49,124 nt of DNA, from the sequence record PZ715802.1; one strand, written 5' to 3'. Under the pieces are notes generated by a model. That model was not told where the DNA came from. It saw nothing but the letters and a program-made list of their open reading frames with translations, and searched no databases. This document shows, in pieces, positions 1 through 8,820 of this stretch (within the stretch, counting starts at the first letter, position 1; each line of letters opens with the position of its first letter). Source of the DNA: a phage. Both the position numbers and the translations under genes were made by a program.

Positions 1-28
1 TGTCGAGACAAGCAAAGGAGAATGACAA

Positions 29-340
29 ATGAAAGTATTTACCACTGTTGGATTTAGAACTAACCATTATTACATTGTTAACGATGACGGCGTTATTTTT
101 GCTTCATCAAAACCGTTCTTTGATGGTGATAACTTTTTCAAGAGCGTGTTTCAATCGCCTGGTGTTTTGGTAAGTATGTGCAATCGTGGCTCGTTAGCGC
201 CTTACAACAAAGAGGCTAATGATTTTGTTAATAAGGCAAATGGCATCAAGAGCAAGCGAGAAATGAATAAAAACGTTATCGCCGTTATTGTTTGTGTGGC
301 AATTGCCGTTGGTTCTATTTTCATGGGGGTTTGGTCATGA
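29..340 (+). CDS. hypothetical early protein with C-terminal hydrophobic segment
   Basis: ORF track; ATG at 29 preceded by AAGGAG at 15-20; C-terminal VIAVIVCVAIAVGSIFMGVW looks like a TM helix. Confidence 0.5.
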   Translation: MKVFTTVGFRTNHYYIVNDDGVIFASSKPFFDGDNFFKSVFQSPGVLVSMCNRGSLAPYNKEANDFVNKANGIKSKREMNKNVIAVIVCVAIAVGSIFMGVWS

Positions 341-519
341 CGCTTGATAATAAATTAGAAACGCAAAAGACGATCAACTATTTACTCGCTCTTGCTGATG
401 CACTTGAAAAAGGCGAGGCAGCATTAAATGATGTTAGTATTGAGTCAAGAAATCACGGATGGACTCAGATCGAAGAAACATTAACCGTTCAATATTTTAA
501 GGTGAATAAAGATGGCTAA
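337..519 (+). CDS. hypothetical protein (60 aa)
   Basis: internal ATG of track ORF 292-519; ATGA overlap with stop of upstream gene; GGGGG RBS 8 nt upstream. Confidence 0.4.
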   Translation: MTLDNKLETQKTINYLLALADALEKGEAALNDVSIESRNHGWTQIEETLTVQYFKVNKDG

Positions 520-1087
520 AATTATCATCCTCAATGCGCCTCCTGGTGCTGGCAAAGACACTATCGGCAAGATGATTTCTTTCTATTCACCTGGTGAGCA
601 ATGCCGAATTATTAGCTTTAAAGAACCAATGTTTGATATTGCATTGGCTATCCTTGGCAAAGAGAACTATCAGCGCTTCATGCTGGCTTATGATGACAGA
701 GAGCAGAAAGAAAGGCCGCAAACATTCCTGATGGGTATGTCACCGCGTGAGTTCATGATCTGGATTAGCGAGGATGTAATCAAACCTAAATTCGGCAAGG
801 ATTATTTCGGCGTAAGGTTTAACCAGAAAGTAAAAGAGTGTGATGCTCCTGTTGTTTGCACTGATGGTGGTTTTCCAGATGAAATTATCGCTCTAATCAA
901 TGCTGGTAATGAGGTGAAGCTATGTCGCTTGCATCGCGACGGGTTCACGTTTGCAGGTGATAGCCGCAACTACATTCGAATCAATCCATATTACCAGAAA
1001 AACGGATATAGTGAGCACGATTACTTATTAACCAATGAAAAGCCGATGATTACAGTTAGCGAAATCATTCGCGATCACCTTAAATAG
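512..1087 (+). CDS. P-loop nucleotide kinase (dNMP kinase / polynucleotide kinase-like)
   Basis: N-terminal Walker A LNAPPGAGKDT resembling the start of T4-type dNMP kinases; stop codon is the TAG of the downstream box element. Confidence 0.55.
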   Translation: MAKIIILNAPPGAGKDTIGKMISFYSPGEQCRIISFKEPMFDIALAILGKENYQRFMLAYDDREQKERPQTFLMGMSPREFMIWISEDVIKPKFGKDYFGVRFNQKVKECDAPVVCTDGGFPDEIIALINAGNEVKLCRLHRDGFTFAGDSRNYIRINPYYQKNGYSEHDYLLTNEKPMITVSEIIRDHLK

Positions 1088-1127
1088 CACGAATTGCTAA
1101 AACTTGCGCAAGGCCATTTGTTATAGT
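1085..1127 (+). promoter_or_regulatory. composite box element: TAGCAcgaatTGCTA palindrome, 22 nt with hairpin aggcca/tggcct, TATAGT
   Basis: one of 17 copies; palindrome 1085-1099, -10-like hexamer 1122-1127, about 40 nt upstream of ATG 1168. Confidence 0.6.
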
Positions 1128-1167
1128 GGCCTTATTCAATAGAAGCAACCAATCATAGGAATAAACG

Positions 1168-1365
1168 ATGAAAATTAAATGCACCAAATCAAACACCATG
1201 AATCTGACAGTTGGCGCGATTTACCATATGGAGGAAGGTGTAAACGGGTTTAGCCCAACTGTAACGCATGAATACGGCGGTCACTTCTTCTTAAACGGTA
1301 AAGACGGATTATCTGTAAACGTTGGTTCTTTCGTACTTGCAGAATTTGAGATCGTGGAGGAATAA
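1168..1365 (+). CDS. hypothetical protein
   Basis: ORF track; AGGAA RBS; follows box element. Confidence 0.5.
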   Translation: MKIKCTKSNTMNLTVGAIYHMEEGVNGFSPTVTHEYGGHFFLNGKDGLSVNVGSFVLAEFEIVEE

Positions 1366-1367
1366 AA

Positions 1368-1535
1368 ATGTTCTGGATTCATTCGCCGCAAGGGTTGCTT
1401 TATGTGCCTGGCGTTGAATTGGAAGAACGACGCGACGGCGACACGGTAAACATCATAACGAAGGATTCAAAAGGCCATACTCTTAAAACGTATGTTTTTA
1501 ACACTCCGGTTAAGGTCGAAAAAGATGATTAGATT
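1368..1535 (+). CDS. hypothetical small protein (55 aa), not in ORF track
   Basis: ATG at 1368 with GGAGGA RBS at 1354-1359; fills gap between 1365 and 1525; below the track length cutoff. Confidence 0.35.
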
Positions 1536-1707
1536 TATTGGTTTTGTGGCATTGCTTATGTGCGGAATATTGCTTACTGATAATGACACTTGGCAAAGCG
1601 CTGTTGGCGGTTTACTTATTTTTCTTGCAGGTGGCATGGTTGGCAGTGATGACGCAGCAAACAAGAATAAACTTTCCGATCATTTACGCAGAGAGACAAA
1701 ACGATGA
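1525..1707 (+). CDS. small membrane protein
   Basis: internal ATG of track ORF 1492-1707 with AAGG upstream; hydrophobic FIGFVALLMCGILL and LLIFLAGGMVG segments. Confidence 0.4.
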   Translation: MIRFIGFVALLMCGILLTDNDTWQSAVGGLLIFLAGGMVGSDDAANKNKLSDHLRRETKR

Positions 1708-1949
1708 ATAGAAAAATGCTGGTACGCGCATTCGCAAAGATTGCTAAAAGATGGGGAGATTCTAACAAATCACCTTACACGTTTAGCCGCTACGGTTATA
1801 AAAATGCTCGCGCCTGGGGTCGCTGCATTGCGGATAACTACAACGCCGAAATGCTGGAAGATTTCGCAAAGTGGATTGATACGCCTTTGAAGGATTGGTG
1901 TCAATTTGACTATGACTATTTCGCAGAAGAAGAAATTTCTTGTTGGTAA
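1704..1949 (+). CDS. hypothetical protein
   Basis: ORF track; ATGA overlap with upstream stop. Confidence 0.45.
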   Translation: MNRKMLVRAFAKIAKRWGDSNKSPYTFSRYGYKNARAWGRCIADNYNAEMLEDFAKWIDTPLKDWCQFDYDYFAEEEISCW

Positions 1950-1961
1950 GGAGAATAAAAT

Positions 1962-2459
1962 ATGAAAGCTAAAAATGATTTTTATAACTACCTGACAAAA
2001 GGCCGTGACTATACCGTTTTGAATAGCATAGATACTCTTTACCTTGTTGTTGCTGATAATGGCGTTAGAGTTTGGCTTGATAAAACTCTTTTCGAAAGCG
2101 AGCACCTAAGCAACGCAAAGCGGATCGCAGATGAAGCAAGCGCATTAGCAGAGCGTGAACGAATTCGCGATATAGTATCGGAGCAGGTTAGAAATTCGTG
2201 CTTACCTGGTGGCGATATCTTCAAATCAATGCGCGGTGAAATGACGGTTGGAATTCAAGATCGCGTAATTTCAAAGTCAGTTGATTCTGTAATTGAGAAT
2301 GCGCGATTCAATGCGTTGATTAACTCAGAGCATAACGAATACGTCAAAGTATTAGAGCAACTGCGTGAAGTGCTGCGAGTGCCGGAAGGTGAAAATATAG
2401 TGACTCATGCAAAGGTTGTAAGAGCGTTGGCTGATGCGCTGATTGGTCTGCAAAAATAG
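1962..2459 (+). CDS. hypothetical protein
   Basis: ORF track; AAGGAGA RBS; stop codon TAG is part of the box palindrome at 2457. Confidence 0.55.
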   Translation: MKAKNDFYNYLTKGRDYTVLNSIDTLYLVVADNGVRVWLDKTLFESEHLSNAKRIADEASALAERERIRDIVSEQVRNSCLPGGDIFKSMRGEMTVGIQDRVISKSVDSVIENARFNALINSEHNEYVKVLEQLREVLRVPEGENIVTHAKVVRALADALIGLQK

Positions 2460-2499
2460 CACTTTTTGTTAAAACTTCCGCGAGGGCATTTGTTAAAGT
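2457..2499 (+). promoter_or_regulatory. composite box element: TAGCActtttTGTTA, 22 nt, TAAAGT
   Basis: palindrome 2457-2471; hairpin gagggca/tgtcctc flanks the -10-like hexamer 2494-2499; precedes ATG 2533. Confidence 0.6.
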
Positions 2500-2532
2500 G
2501 TCCTCATTGAAGCGAAACACGGAGATTTAAAA

Positions 2533-2736
2533 ATGGCTGTATACACTGGCAAGATGTTTGAAAGCGAAAACCCGATTTACGGCGGCACTTATGAGCTAAT
2601 CATTGATGAAGATCGCGTTATCCTGGCTGATGACGACAGCGAGGAATATTATGAAGTAGAGGCCGACAAATGGGATAACGACGTTATGTTTCTTGTTGAT
2701 AACAACCGCATCAAGTTTTACGCAGTGGAGGAATAA
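2533..2736 (+). CDS. hypothetical protein
   Basis: ORF track; GGAGA RBS. Confidence 0.5.
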   Translation: MAVYTGKMFESENPIYGGTYELIIDEDRVILADDDSEEYYEVEADKWDNDVMFLVDNNRIKFYAVEE

Positions 2737-2739
2737 CAG

Positions 2740-3045
2740 ATGATCGCAATCAACCTATCAGAAGAACAAGCGAAATCGTTGCTAATGTGCCTTGGTTGGC
2801 GCATGGGCGCAGGTAACGAGGCGGTTGTAAACATCAAAGAGGAAGTAGCAAAAGAGCTTTTTGTGCAGCTTGAGCATAAACTGATGCCAGCCTCAACAAG
2901 CGCGGCGGAGTTGGCAGTATGGCGGCATGAAAACGGCCTTAATGAAATGGACGTTGAGAAGTGGAAACGTAAAAACGGAAAAGCTGTTGATAAGGTTGGT
3001 TTTGTTTGTCGCTGTATTATGGTTAACGTGGAGAAGTTCAGATGA
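2740..3045 (+). CDS. hypothetical protein
   Basis: ORF track; GGAGGA RBS. Confidence 0.5.
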   Translation: MIAINLSEEQAKSLLMCLGWRMGAGNEAVVNIKEEVAKELFVQLEHKLMPASTSAAELAVWRHENGLNEMDVEKWKRKNGKAVDKVGFVCRCIMVNVEKFR

Positions 3046-3380
3046 TTTACATTCACTCTTACGGCGTTGGCAAGTTTGGCAGCAAGCAGATCAGAAACAT
3101 TCACGACACGTTAGAAGAAGCGCAAGCACAGCAACGCGTTTTAGGTGGAGTTGTTCAGGCGTTTGAGTCAGTGGAAAACTTAGAAAGCGAATGGATGGAT
3201 CGCGAGCATATAAAGGATCTGATTGTTGATGAGGTGTCATGCTTGATTGACGATCTCACAACTGACGCGCCAGGGTCGCCGCGAAACTATGAGCCAGGAT
3301 CAACGCAATGGGATTGCTGGAAGGTCAAAACGCTAGGCAACATCCGTGATATTCTGGACGGAAAATTTAACGAAAATTGA
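3042..3380 (+). CDS. hypothetical protein
   Basis: ORF track; ATGA overlap with upstream stop. Confidence 0.5.
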   Translation: MIYIHSYGVGKFGSKQIRNIHDTLEEAQAQQRVLGGVVQAFESVENLESEWMDREHIKDLIVDEVSCLIDDLTTDAPGSPRNYEPGSTQWDCWKVKTLGNIRDILDGKFNEN

Positions 3381-3391
3381 TAGCTTTTAAA

Positions 3392-3426
3392 GCGCCTCAA
3401 TCGCATTATAAGAGGCGCATTTTTTA
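3392..3426 (+). terminator. intrinsic terminator
   Basis: stem gcgcctc/gaggcgc with 13-nt loop followed by TTTTTT. Confidence 0.5.
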
Positions 3427-3439
3427 GGAAGGTGATTCT

Positions 3440-3568
3440 ATGCCTGAATACATAAAACCGTCTCAGTGGTGCGCACAGAAGCAAGAAGAAGCATTAGAGC
3501 GCGGCGACACTGACACAGCATTGCACTACTTTGAAATGTTTCAACTTTGGAAATCAAGAGGACTTTAA
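3440..3568 (+). CDS. hypothetical small protein (42 aa), not in ORF track
   Basis: ATG 3440 with GGAAGGTG RBS; ends 1 nt before next start. Confidence 0.3.
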   Translation: MPEYIKPSQWCAQKQEEALERGDTDTALHYFEMFQLWKSRGL

Positions 3569-3569
3569 A

Positions 3570-3797
3570 ATGTTTGGACTTAATGAGGCTGAATACAACA
3601 TTGTTAAACGTGCTGCAAAAGAGTGCATGAAGGATCTGAAAGTTGAAGTGACAAGCGGCAACAAATACGATCATATTGCGGCTGGCATTATAACCAAACA
3701 TCACGCGCCAATTTCTACCCTAATCACTCGAACAAAGTTTGTATGGCTTGCTGGCTATATAGCTGGTCGATGGGGTAAGCCTGGCGAGTACGAATAA
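3570..3797 (+). CDS. hypothetical protein
   Basis: internal ATG of track ORF 3531-3797 with AAGAGGA RBS. Confidence 0.45.
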   Translation: MFGLNEAEYNIVKRAAKECMKDLKVEVTSGNKYDHIAAGIITKHHAPISTLITRTKFVWLAGYIAGRWGKPGEYE

Positions 3798-3819
3798 TAA
3801 GCACTTGAATCAATGAAGG

Positions 3820-3848
3820 TTGACGGCGTGTTGTCTGATTGGTAGATT
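3820..3848 (+). promoter_or_regulatory. sigma70-like promoter candidate TTGACG-N17-TAGATT
   Basis: hexamers read directly at 3820-3825 and 3843-3848. Confidence 0.3.
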
Positions 3849-3979
3849 AAACGCCGTGAACATAAGAGGCTCAACAGAGCAAAGCTCGGCGCGTTAGCCG
3901 TAAAACTTAATCGGATTGGATCGCAAGGCGAATGACAATCGCGGGAACCGTAACCCGCAACCATTCAGGAGAATTCACG

Positions 3980-4141
3980 ATGCAAAACAAAGAAATCGCA
4001 AAGGTAACAATTATCGTTGAGCGTGACGGAAAGAAAACGCGATACAAGAAGCGATTTAAACAAGGCGAGGCGATGTTAGGCCGGATCGGTGATTTCATGG
4101 TGAAATTGCAAGAGGATAAGCCGGATGAAATTCAAGGTTAA
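3980..4141 (+). CDS. hypothetical protein
   Basis: internal ATG of track ORF 3932-4141 with AGGAGA RBS. Confidence 0.4.
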   Translation: MQNKEIAKVTIIVERDGKKTRYKKRFKQGEAMLGRIGDFMVKLQEDKPDEIQG

Positions 4142-4307
4142 GCTAACCATCCGTCGCATGGGTCGCAATTGCGGATCATGTAAACAAGATTTCGAATGCG
4201 AGGTTGAAGCGCTAAACAATGTTGATGCGGTTCAATGTGCTAAAGTTCTTTCAGGTGCTAACCCTGAAACACACCAATTTTCAATTAATTATGTGAGGGC
4301 TATATAA
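4125..4307 (+). CDS. hypothetical protein with Cys pairs
   Basis: ORF track; GAGGA RBS; CGSC...C...C pattern. Confidence 0.4.
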   Translation: MKFKVKLTIRRMGRNCGSCKQDFECEVEALNNVDAVQCAKVLSGANPETHQFSINYVRAI

Positions 4308-4537
4308 TGCTGATGTTCATTGCGGGTTTTGGTTTTTGTGCGATTATCTGTTTTTTTCTCTATCTTTGTGTTTCGTGGGGTGTACAGCGTTGCGTAAAAG
4401 ACAACGAATTAGTGATCGCCATTTACGAAAATAAAACTGATAAATGGAAGATTACTAAAAACTTTGAAAAGATTGCTGATGAAATTGCATTCCGTCGCAA
4501 GTTTGGCAAGCCTGGAAGCATTAAGTACATCGACTGA
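4307..4537 (+). CDS. small membrane protein
   Basis: ORF track; N-terminal hydrophobic MLMFIAGFGFCAIICFFLYLCV. Confidence 0.45.
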   Translation: MLMFIAGFGFCAIICFFLYLCVSWGVQRCVKDNELVIAIYENKTDKWKITKNFEKIADEIAFRRKFGKPGSIKYID

Positions 4538-4554
4538 TGCAACAGCAAAAAGAT

Positions 4555-4578
4555 AACCCGCCTTGAGCGGGTTTTTTT
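4555..4578 (+). terminator. intrinsic terminator at end of early gene block
   Basis: stem acccgc/gcgggt, loop cttga, then TTTTTTT. Confidence 0.6.
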
Positions 4579-4627
4579 GTGTCTGCAATTTAGCTATAAT
4601 CATGCCTCAACAATGGAGGATTCTATT

Positions 4628-5152
4628 ATGGCAAAAAAAACAGATGCGCCAGCGGCTGAAAGCCTGAATTTTAAGAAACTATGGAATAAGCAATATTCAG
4701 ATCTCATTGGCACTAAACTTGATAAGCGCACAACGCTAACGCCAGAGCAGGTTATGAATTTGATTGTTCAGTATTTTGAATGGGCTGAATCAAACGCTAT
4801 AAAAGCAGGTGAAACGGCAACATTTCAGGGGCGTGTTTATCAGGATACGATTCACAAGCCGCGCATTTTTACATGGGAAGCGTTGAAGTTGTTTTGTGGT
4901 TTTTCCGGCACAGCACTAGCGAAATGGAAATTAAAGCCTGGCTATGATGTTGTAATTGAATTTGCTGAATCTGTAATTAAAGAGCAGAAATACCAGTTAG
5001 CGGCAAACGGAATGATTAACAGCACCATGATCGCAAAAGAGCTTGGCATTGATAAGGGCGACACGTTCAATATTAGCGCTAACGCTGAAACGGAAGTTAA
5101 CACGGAAGAAGCAATGAAAAACGCCGTCGCAAGCGTTCTAAGCAAAATTTAA
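4628..5152 (+). CDS. terminase small subunit (by position)
   Basis: internal ATG of track ORF 4577-5152 with GGAGGA RBS; immediately upstream of large terminase. Confidence 0.5.
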   Translation: MAKKTDAPAAESLNFKKLWNKQYSDLIGTKLDKRTTLTPEQVMNLIVQYFEWAESNAIKAGETATFQGRVYQDTIHKPRIFTWEALKLFCGFSGTALAKWKLKPGYDVVIEFAESVIKEQKYQLAANGMINSTMIAKELGIDKGDTFNISANAETEVNTEEAMKNAVASVLSKI

Positions 5153-5154
5153 AG

Positions 5155-6735
5155 GTGAATGCTATGTTGATATGGGAAGATTTAAGCAAGCTGGAAAAGC
5201 TGGCTATTAAAGAATTGAGTACGCACGATTTTGATACTTTCGTTAAAATCTGGTTCCCGATCCAGCAAGGTGAAAAATGGATTCCTAACTGGCATCACCT
5301 TTATATCGCAAGAGCGATTGATGAAATTATTGAAGGTACACGGAAAGATACGATCTTTAATGTAACTCCAGGCTCAGGTAAGACGGAATTACTTTCTATC
5401 CATTTCCCGCCGTACTCTTATTTAAAACTTAATAAGGTGCGGAACCTAAATATTTCATTTGCCGATACGCTTGTTAAACGAAACAGTAAGCGTGTGCGTG
5501 ATCTGGTTAATTCTCGAGAATGGCAAGAGCTTTTCCCTGCAAAAACTGGTACAAGCAAAGATGATGAATTTCAGGTTTTAAATGACGCTGGCAAAGTTCG
5601 CCTGGAAATGATTAGTAAATCAATGGGCGGTCAGATTACTGGTAGCCGTGGCGGTTACATTACGCCTGGCGTTTATTCAGGTTGCGTAACGCTTGACGAT
5701 CCAGAAAAGCCAGATGATATGTTTTCGAAGGTAAAACGTGAGCGCGGTCAAATGATCGCAAAGAACACCATTCGATCACGTCGCGCACATTCAGAAACGC
5801 CAATTATCGTTATCCAACAGCGTTTACATGCGCAGGATATGACATGGTTTTTAATGAATGGCGGCATGGGTATAGAGTTTGATCAGATCTCTATTCCGGC
5901 GATGGTTACAGAAGAATACGGGAAATCGCTTCCTGATTGGTTGCAGCCGCACTTTGAAAAGGATGTGCTTTCGTCTGAATACATCGTTATTGATGGCGTG
6001 AAGTATTATTCTTTCTGGCCTAGCAAGGAAAGCATTCATGATCTTAAAGCGCTACGCGATGCGGATTTGTACACGTTCCTTTCTCAGTATCAGCAAGAGC
6101 CAATTGCTCTTGGCGGTAACGCAATTAACGTTGGATGGTTCCAGTATTACGGAACCGGAGAAAAATCAACGATGCCAAAACCGGATCGCTTTGATTATAC
6201 GTTTATTACAGCAGATACCGCTCAGAAAGAAGGTGAGCTAAACGACTACAGCGTTTTATGTTATTGGGGCATGTTCAAAGGCCGTATATATTTTATTGAC
6301 GGTGTGCGCGGAAAATGGGAAGCGCCAATGTTAGAAACGCAGTTTAAAGCGTTTGTTAAACAGTGCTGGAACCGTAACAAAGAATGCGGAAACTTGCGTA
6401 AAATTTACGTGGAAGATAAAGCGAGCGGTACAGGTTTGATCCAGAATTGCCGCAAAGCATTTCCGATAGAAATTACTCCAGTGCAACGCGATAAAGACAA
6501 AGTAACGCGCTGCATGGACGCACAGCCAGTGATCAAGAATGGTTATGTTGTATTGCCGGAATCGCATCACATGCTTGCTGAATTTCTGGCAGAGGCGGCG
6601 GCATTCACTTATGATGATAGCCATCCTCATGATGATATTATGGATAACCTTTTTGATGCGGTTAATATTGAGCTTAACCTTGCTGATAATGCGGTTGATA
6701 GAATGAAGCGTTTAGCTGGATTAGCGAAGCGTTAA
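5155..6735 (+). CDS. terminase large subunit
   Basis: 526 aa; Walker A TPGSGKT; C-terminal nuclease-like region; position before portal; track start is GTG at 5155, alternative ATG at 5164. Confidence 0.85.
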   Translation: MNAMLIWEDLSKLEKLAIKELSTHDFDTFVKIWFPIQQGEKWIPNWHHLYIARAIDEIIEGTRKDTIFNVTPGSGKTELLSIHFPPYSYLKLNKVRNLNISFADTLVKRNSKRVRDLVNSREWQELFPAKTGTSKDDEFQVLNDAGKVRLEMISKSMGGQITGSRGGYITPGVYSGCVTLDDPEKPDDMFSKVKRERGQMIAKNTIRSRRAHSETPIIVIQQRLHAQDMTWFLMNGGMGIEFDQISIPAMVTEEYGKSLPDWLQPHFEKDVLSSEYIVIDGVKYYSFWPSKESIHDLKALRDADLYTFLSQYQQEPIALGGNAINVGWFQYYGTGEKSTMPKPDRFDYTFITADTAQKEGELNDYSVLCYWGMFKGRIYFIDGVRGKWEAPMLETQFKAFVKQCWNRNKECGNLRKIYVEDKASGTGLIQNCRKAFPIEITPVQRDKDKVTRCMDAQPVIKNGYVVLPESHHMLAEFLAEAAAFTYDDSHPHDDIMDNLFDAVNIELNLADNAVDRMKRLAGLAKR

Positions 6736-6749
6736 TGTGTAAAATCAAA

Positions 6750-6774
6750 GGCTGGAATATTCCGGCCTTTTTTA
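6750..6774 (+). terminator. intrinsic terminator/attenuator between terminase and portal
   Basis: stem ggctggaat/attccggcc then TTTTTT; near-identical copy at 10433. Confidence 0.45.
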
Positions 6775-6788
6775 TTATGGGGGTATTT

Positions 6789-8087
6789 ATGAGTGACAAG
6801 GTAAAGGCCATTACTAAAGAAGATGGTTACAACGAAATTTTCGGATCTAAAGATGGAACGTTTAGGCCAAATGCTTTTTACATGCAAAGTGCGGCATTTA
6901 AAACGTTATCGCAATTTTATGAAGAAGATGGAATGGCTCGGCGCATTGTCGATGTTATTCCCGAAGAAATGGTAACGCCTGGTTTTAAAGTTGACGGCTT
7001 GAAAAATGAAAAGGCTTTTAAATCGCGTTGGGATGAATTGCGATTAAACGCTAAAATTATTGATGCGCTTTCATGGTCTCGTTTATTTGGCGGTTCTGCA
7101 ATTCTTGCTGTTGTTGCTGATAACAGAATGCTTAAATCACCTGTAAAGCCTGGAGCACAACTTGAAGATATTCGCGTATATGATCGCTATCAGATCACCA
7201 TTCAGGAACGTGAAACTAATGCGCGGAGTGTTCGTTACGGTGAGCCGAAACTTTATAAGATCTCACCTGGCGGAGATATACCGGAATTCTTTGTTCATTA
7301 CTCGCGTATTTGCATCATTGATGGTGAGCGCGTATCGAATGAAAAACGCCGTCAAAATGATGGTTGGGGCGCAAGCATTTTAAACAAGCGTTTGATTGAG
7401 GCGATTGTTGATTATAACTATTGCCAGGAATTAGCAACGCAATTGCTACGCCGAAAACAACAAGCAGTATGGAAAGCGCGTGATCTGGCTTTGATGTGCG
7501 ACGATGAAGAAGGGCGCTACGCGGCGCGTTTGCGTTTGGCTCAGGTTGATGACGAAAGCGGAGTTGGTAAGGCAATTGGTATTGATGCCACAGATGAAGA
7601 ATATGAGGTTCTCAATTCTGACGTTTCCGGCGTTCCAGAGTTCTTACAGGAAAAGATTGATCGAATTGTTGCCCTAACTGGCATTCATGAAATCATCCTT
7701 AAAAATAAGAACACTGGCGGAGTTTCAGCGAGTCAAAACACGGCGCTAGAGACTTTCTATAAGTTGATTGATCGCAAGCGCGTAGAGGATTACAAGCCGA
7801 TTCTTGAATTCCTTTTGCCGTTCATGATCTCAGAATCCGAATGGTCTATTGAATTCGAACCGTTAAGCGTTCCGAGCGATAAGGACAAAGCTGAAATTAT
7901 GGCTAAGAACGTTGAATCTGTTGTAAAATTGAAAGCTGAACAGGCAATTAATCTCAAAGAAACAAGAGACACTTTGCGATCCATTTGTCCAGATCTTAAA
8001 ATCATGGACAATGACAACATTGAATTGCCAGAGCCAGAAGAAGAACAGGAACCGGAACCAGGAACGGAGGAATTAAACAATGAATGA
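6789..8087 (+). CDS. portal protein
   Basis: internal ATG of track ORF 6735-8087 placed after the terminator hairpin; GGGGG RBS; size and position after large terminase. Confidence 0.7.
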   Translation: MSDKVKAITKEDGYNEIFGSKDGTFRPNAFYMQSAAFKTLSQFYEEDGMARRIVDVIPEEMVTPGFKVDGLKNEKAFKSRWDELRLNAKIIDALSWSRLFGGSAILAVVADNRMLKSPVKPGAQLEDIRVYDRYQITIQERETNARSVRYGEPKLYKISPGGDIPEFFVHYSRICIIDGERVSNEKRRQNDGWGASILNKRLIEAIVDYNYCQELATQLLRRKQQAVWKARDLALMCDDEEGRYAARLRLAQVDDESGVGKAIGIDATDEEYEVLNSDVSGVPEFLQEKIDRIVALTGIHEIILKNKNTGGVSASQNTALETFYKLIDRKRVEDYKPILEFLLPFMISESEWSIEFEPLSVPSDKDKAEIMAKNVESVVKLKAEQAINLKETRDTLRSICPDLKIMDNDNIELPEPEEEQEPEPGTEELNNE

Positions 8088-8820
8088 TGTCTCATGGAGA
8101 TTTCCAGAGGCAACGAGGCGCGACGTTGATCGCGCCTTACAATTGCTTGTGAGGGATCTTGTTGTAAGAATGCGCCGTAACACAAAGCGCCTTAAATTTG
8201 ATGATCAGGTTAGTGAGGCGGCGGCAGATAATGAATCATACGCAGAGGAATTAATTTCCGCATTCATTGCGCTACTGCCAACTTTCGCGCTATCCATCTA
8301 TAAATTCAACTCAAAGGAATTTATCAGGATCGCAAATAAGACTGGAGGCAAGAATAATTTAGCCGTCCTGTTGCTGATTGGTCGAGGGGCTAACGCTGGT
8401 GAATCGTGGTACGCTCCTAAATATCACGTATGGCGGCAAATGGTGCGCGACTCTATCAGAAAGATGGTTGACAATATTCTTGACGATTGGGAAATGCAAG
8501 TAAGGTTAGCCGAATTGCACGAAGCGGATCAGAAAAGATTAAACGCAATTATCGAAAGGCGATTTAAGGTCTATAAAAATTGGGCGTCACGTCGCACTTC
8601 TGGTATAGTTGGCGCTTGGAATAGCGTGTTAATGTATCAGCGTTGTGTTGATGCTGGCGTTACCCATTATATTTGGCGCGGTCAGTTAGATGATCGCGAG
8701 CGTGAAAAACATTTGATGTGGGAAAAGAAACGGATCGCCTTAACATCTAATCACGTTTTTCCTGGTGAGGAATTTAATTGTCGTTGTTGGGCGCAACCGG
8801 ATTGGGAGACAGCAAAATGA
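8080..8820 (+). CDS. head morphogenesis / minor head protein
   Basis: ORF track; GGAGGA RBS; position after portal. Confidence 0.5.
   Translation: MNDVSWRFPEATRRDVDRALQLLVRDLVVRMRRNTKRLKFDDQVSEAAADNESYAEELISAFIALLPTFALSIYKFNSKEFIRIANKTGGKNNLAVLLLIGRGANAGESWYAPKYHVWRQMVRDSIRKMVDNILDDWEMQVRLAELHEADQKRLNAIIERRFKVYKNWASRRTSGIVGAWNSVLMYQRCVDAGVTHYIWRGQLDDREREKHLMWEKKRIALTSNHVFPGEEFNCRCWAQPDWETAK

Noticed and set aside
4571-4599. Candidate late promoter using TATAAT at 4594-4599 upstream of the small terminase gene
   Set aside because: A good -10 hexamer is present but no acceptable -35 at 16-18 bp and no box palindrome; a similar TTTTTTNTGTGTCT motif recurs at 18647, so it is left as an observation only.
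7790-8185. 131-aa minus-strand ORF spanning the portal/head-morphogenesis junction
   Set aside because: Antisense to two tightly packed structural genes; no translation signals; Ser-rich low-complexity product.
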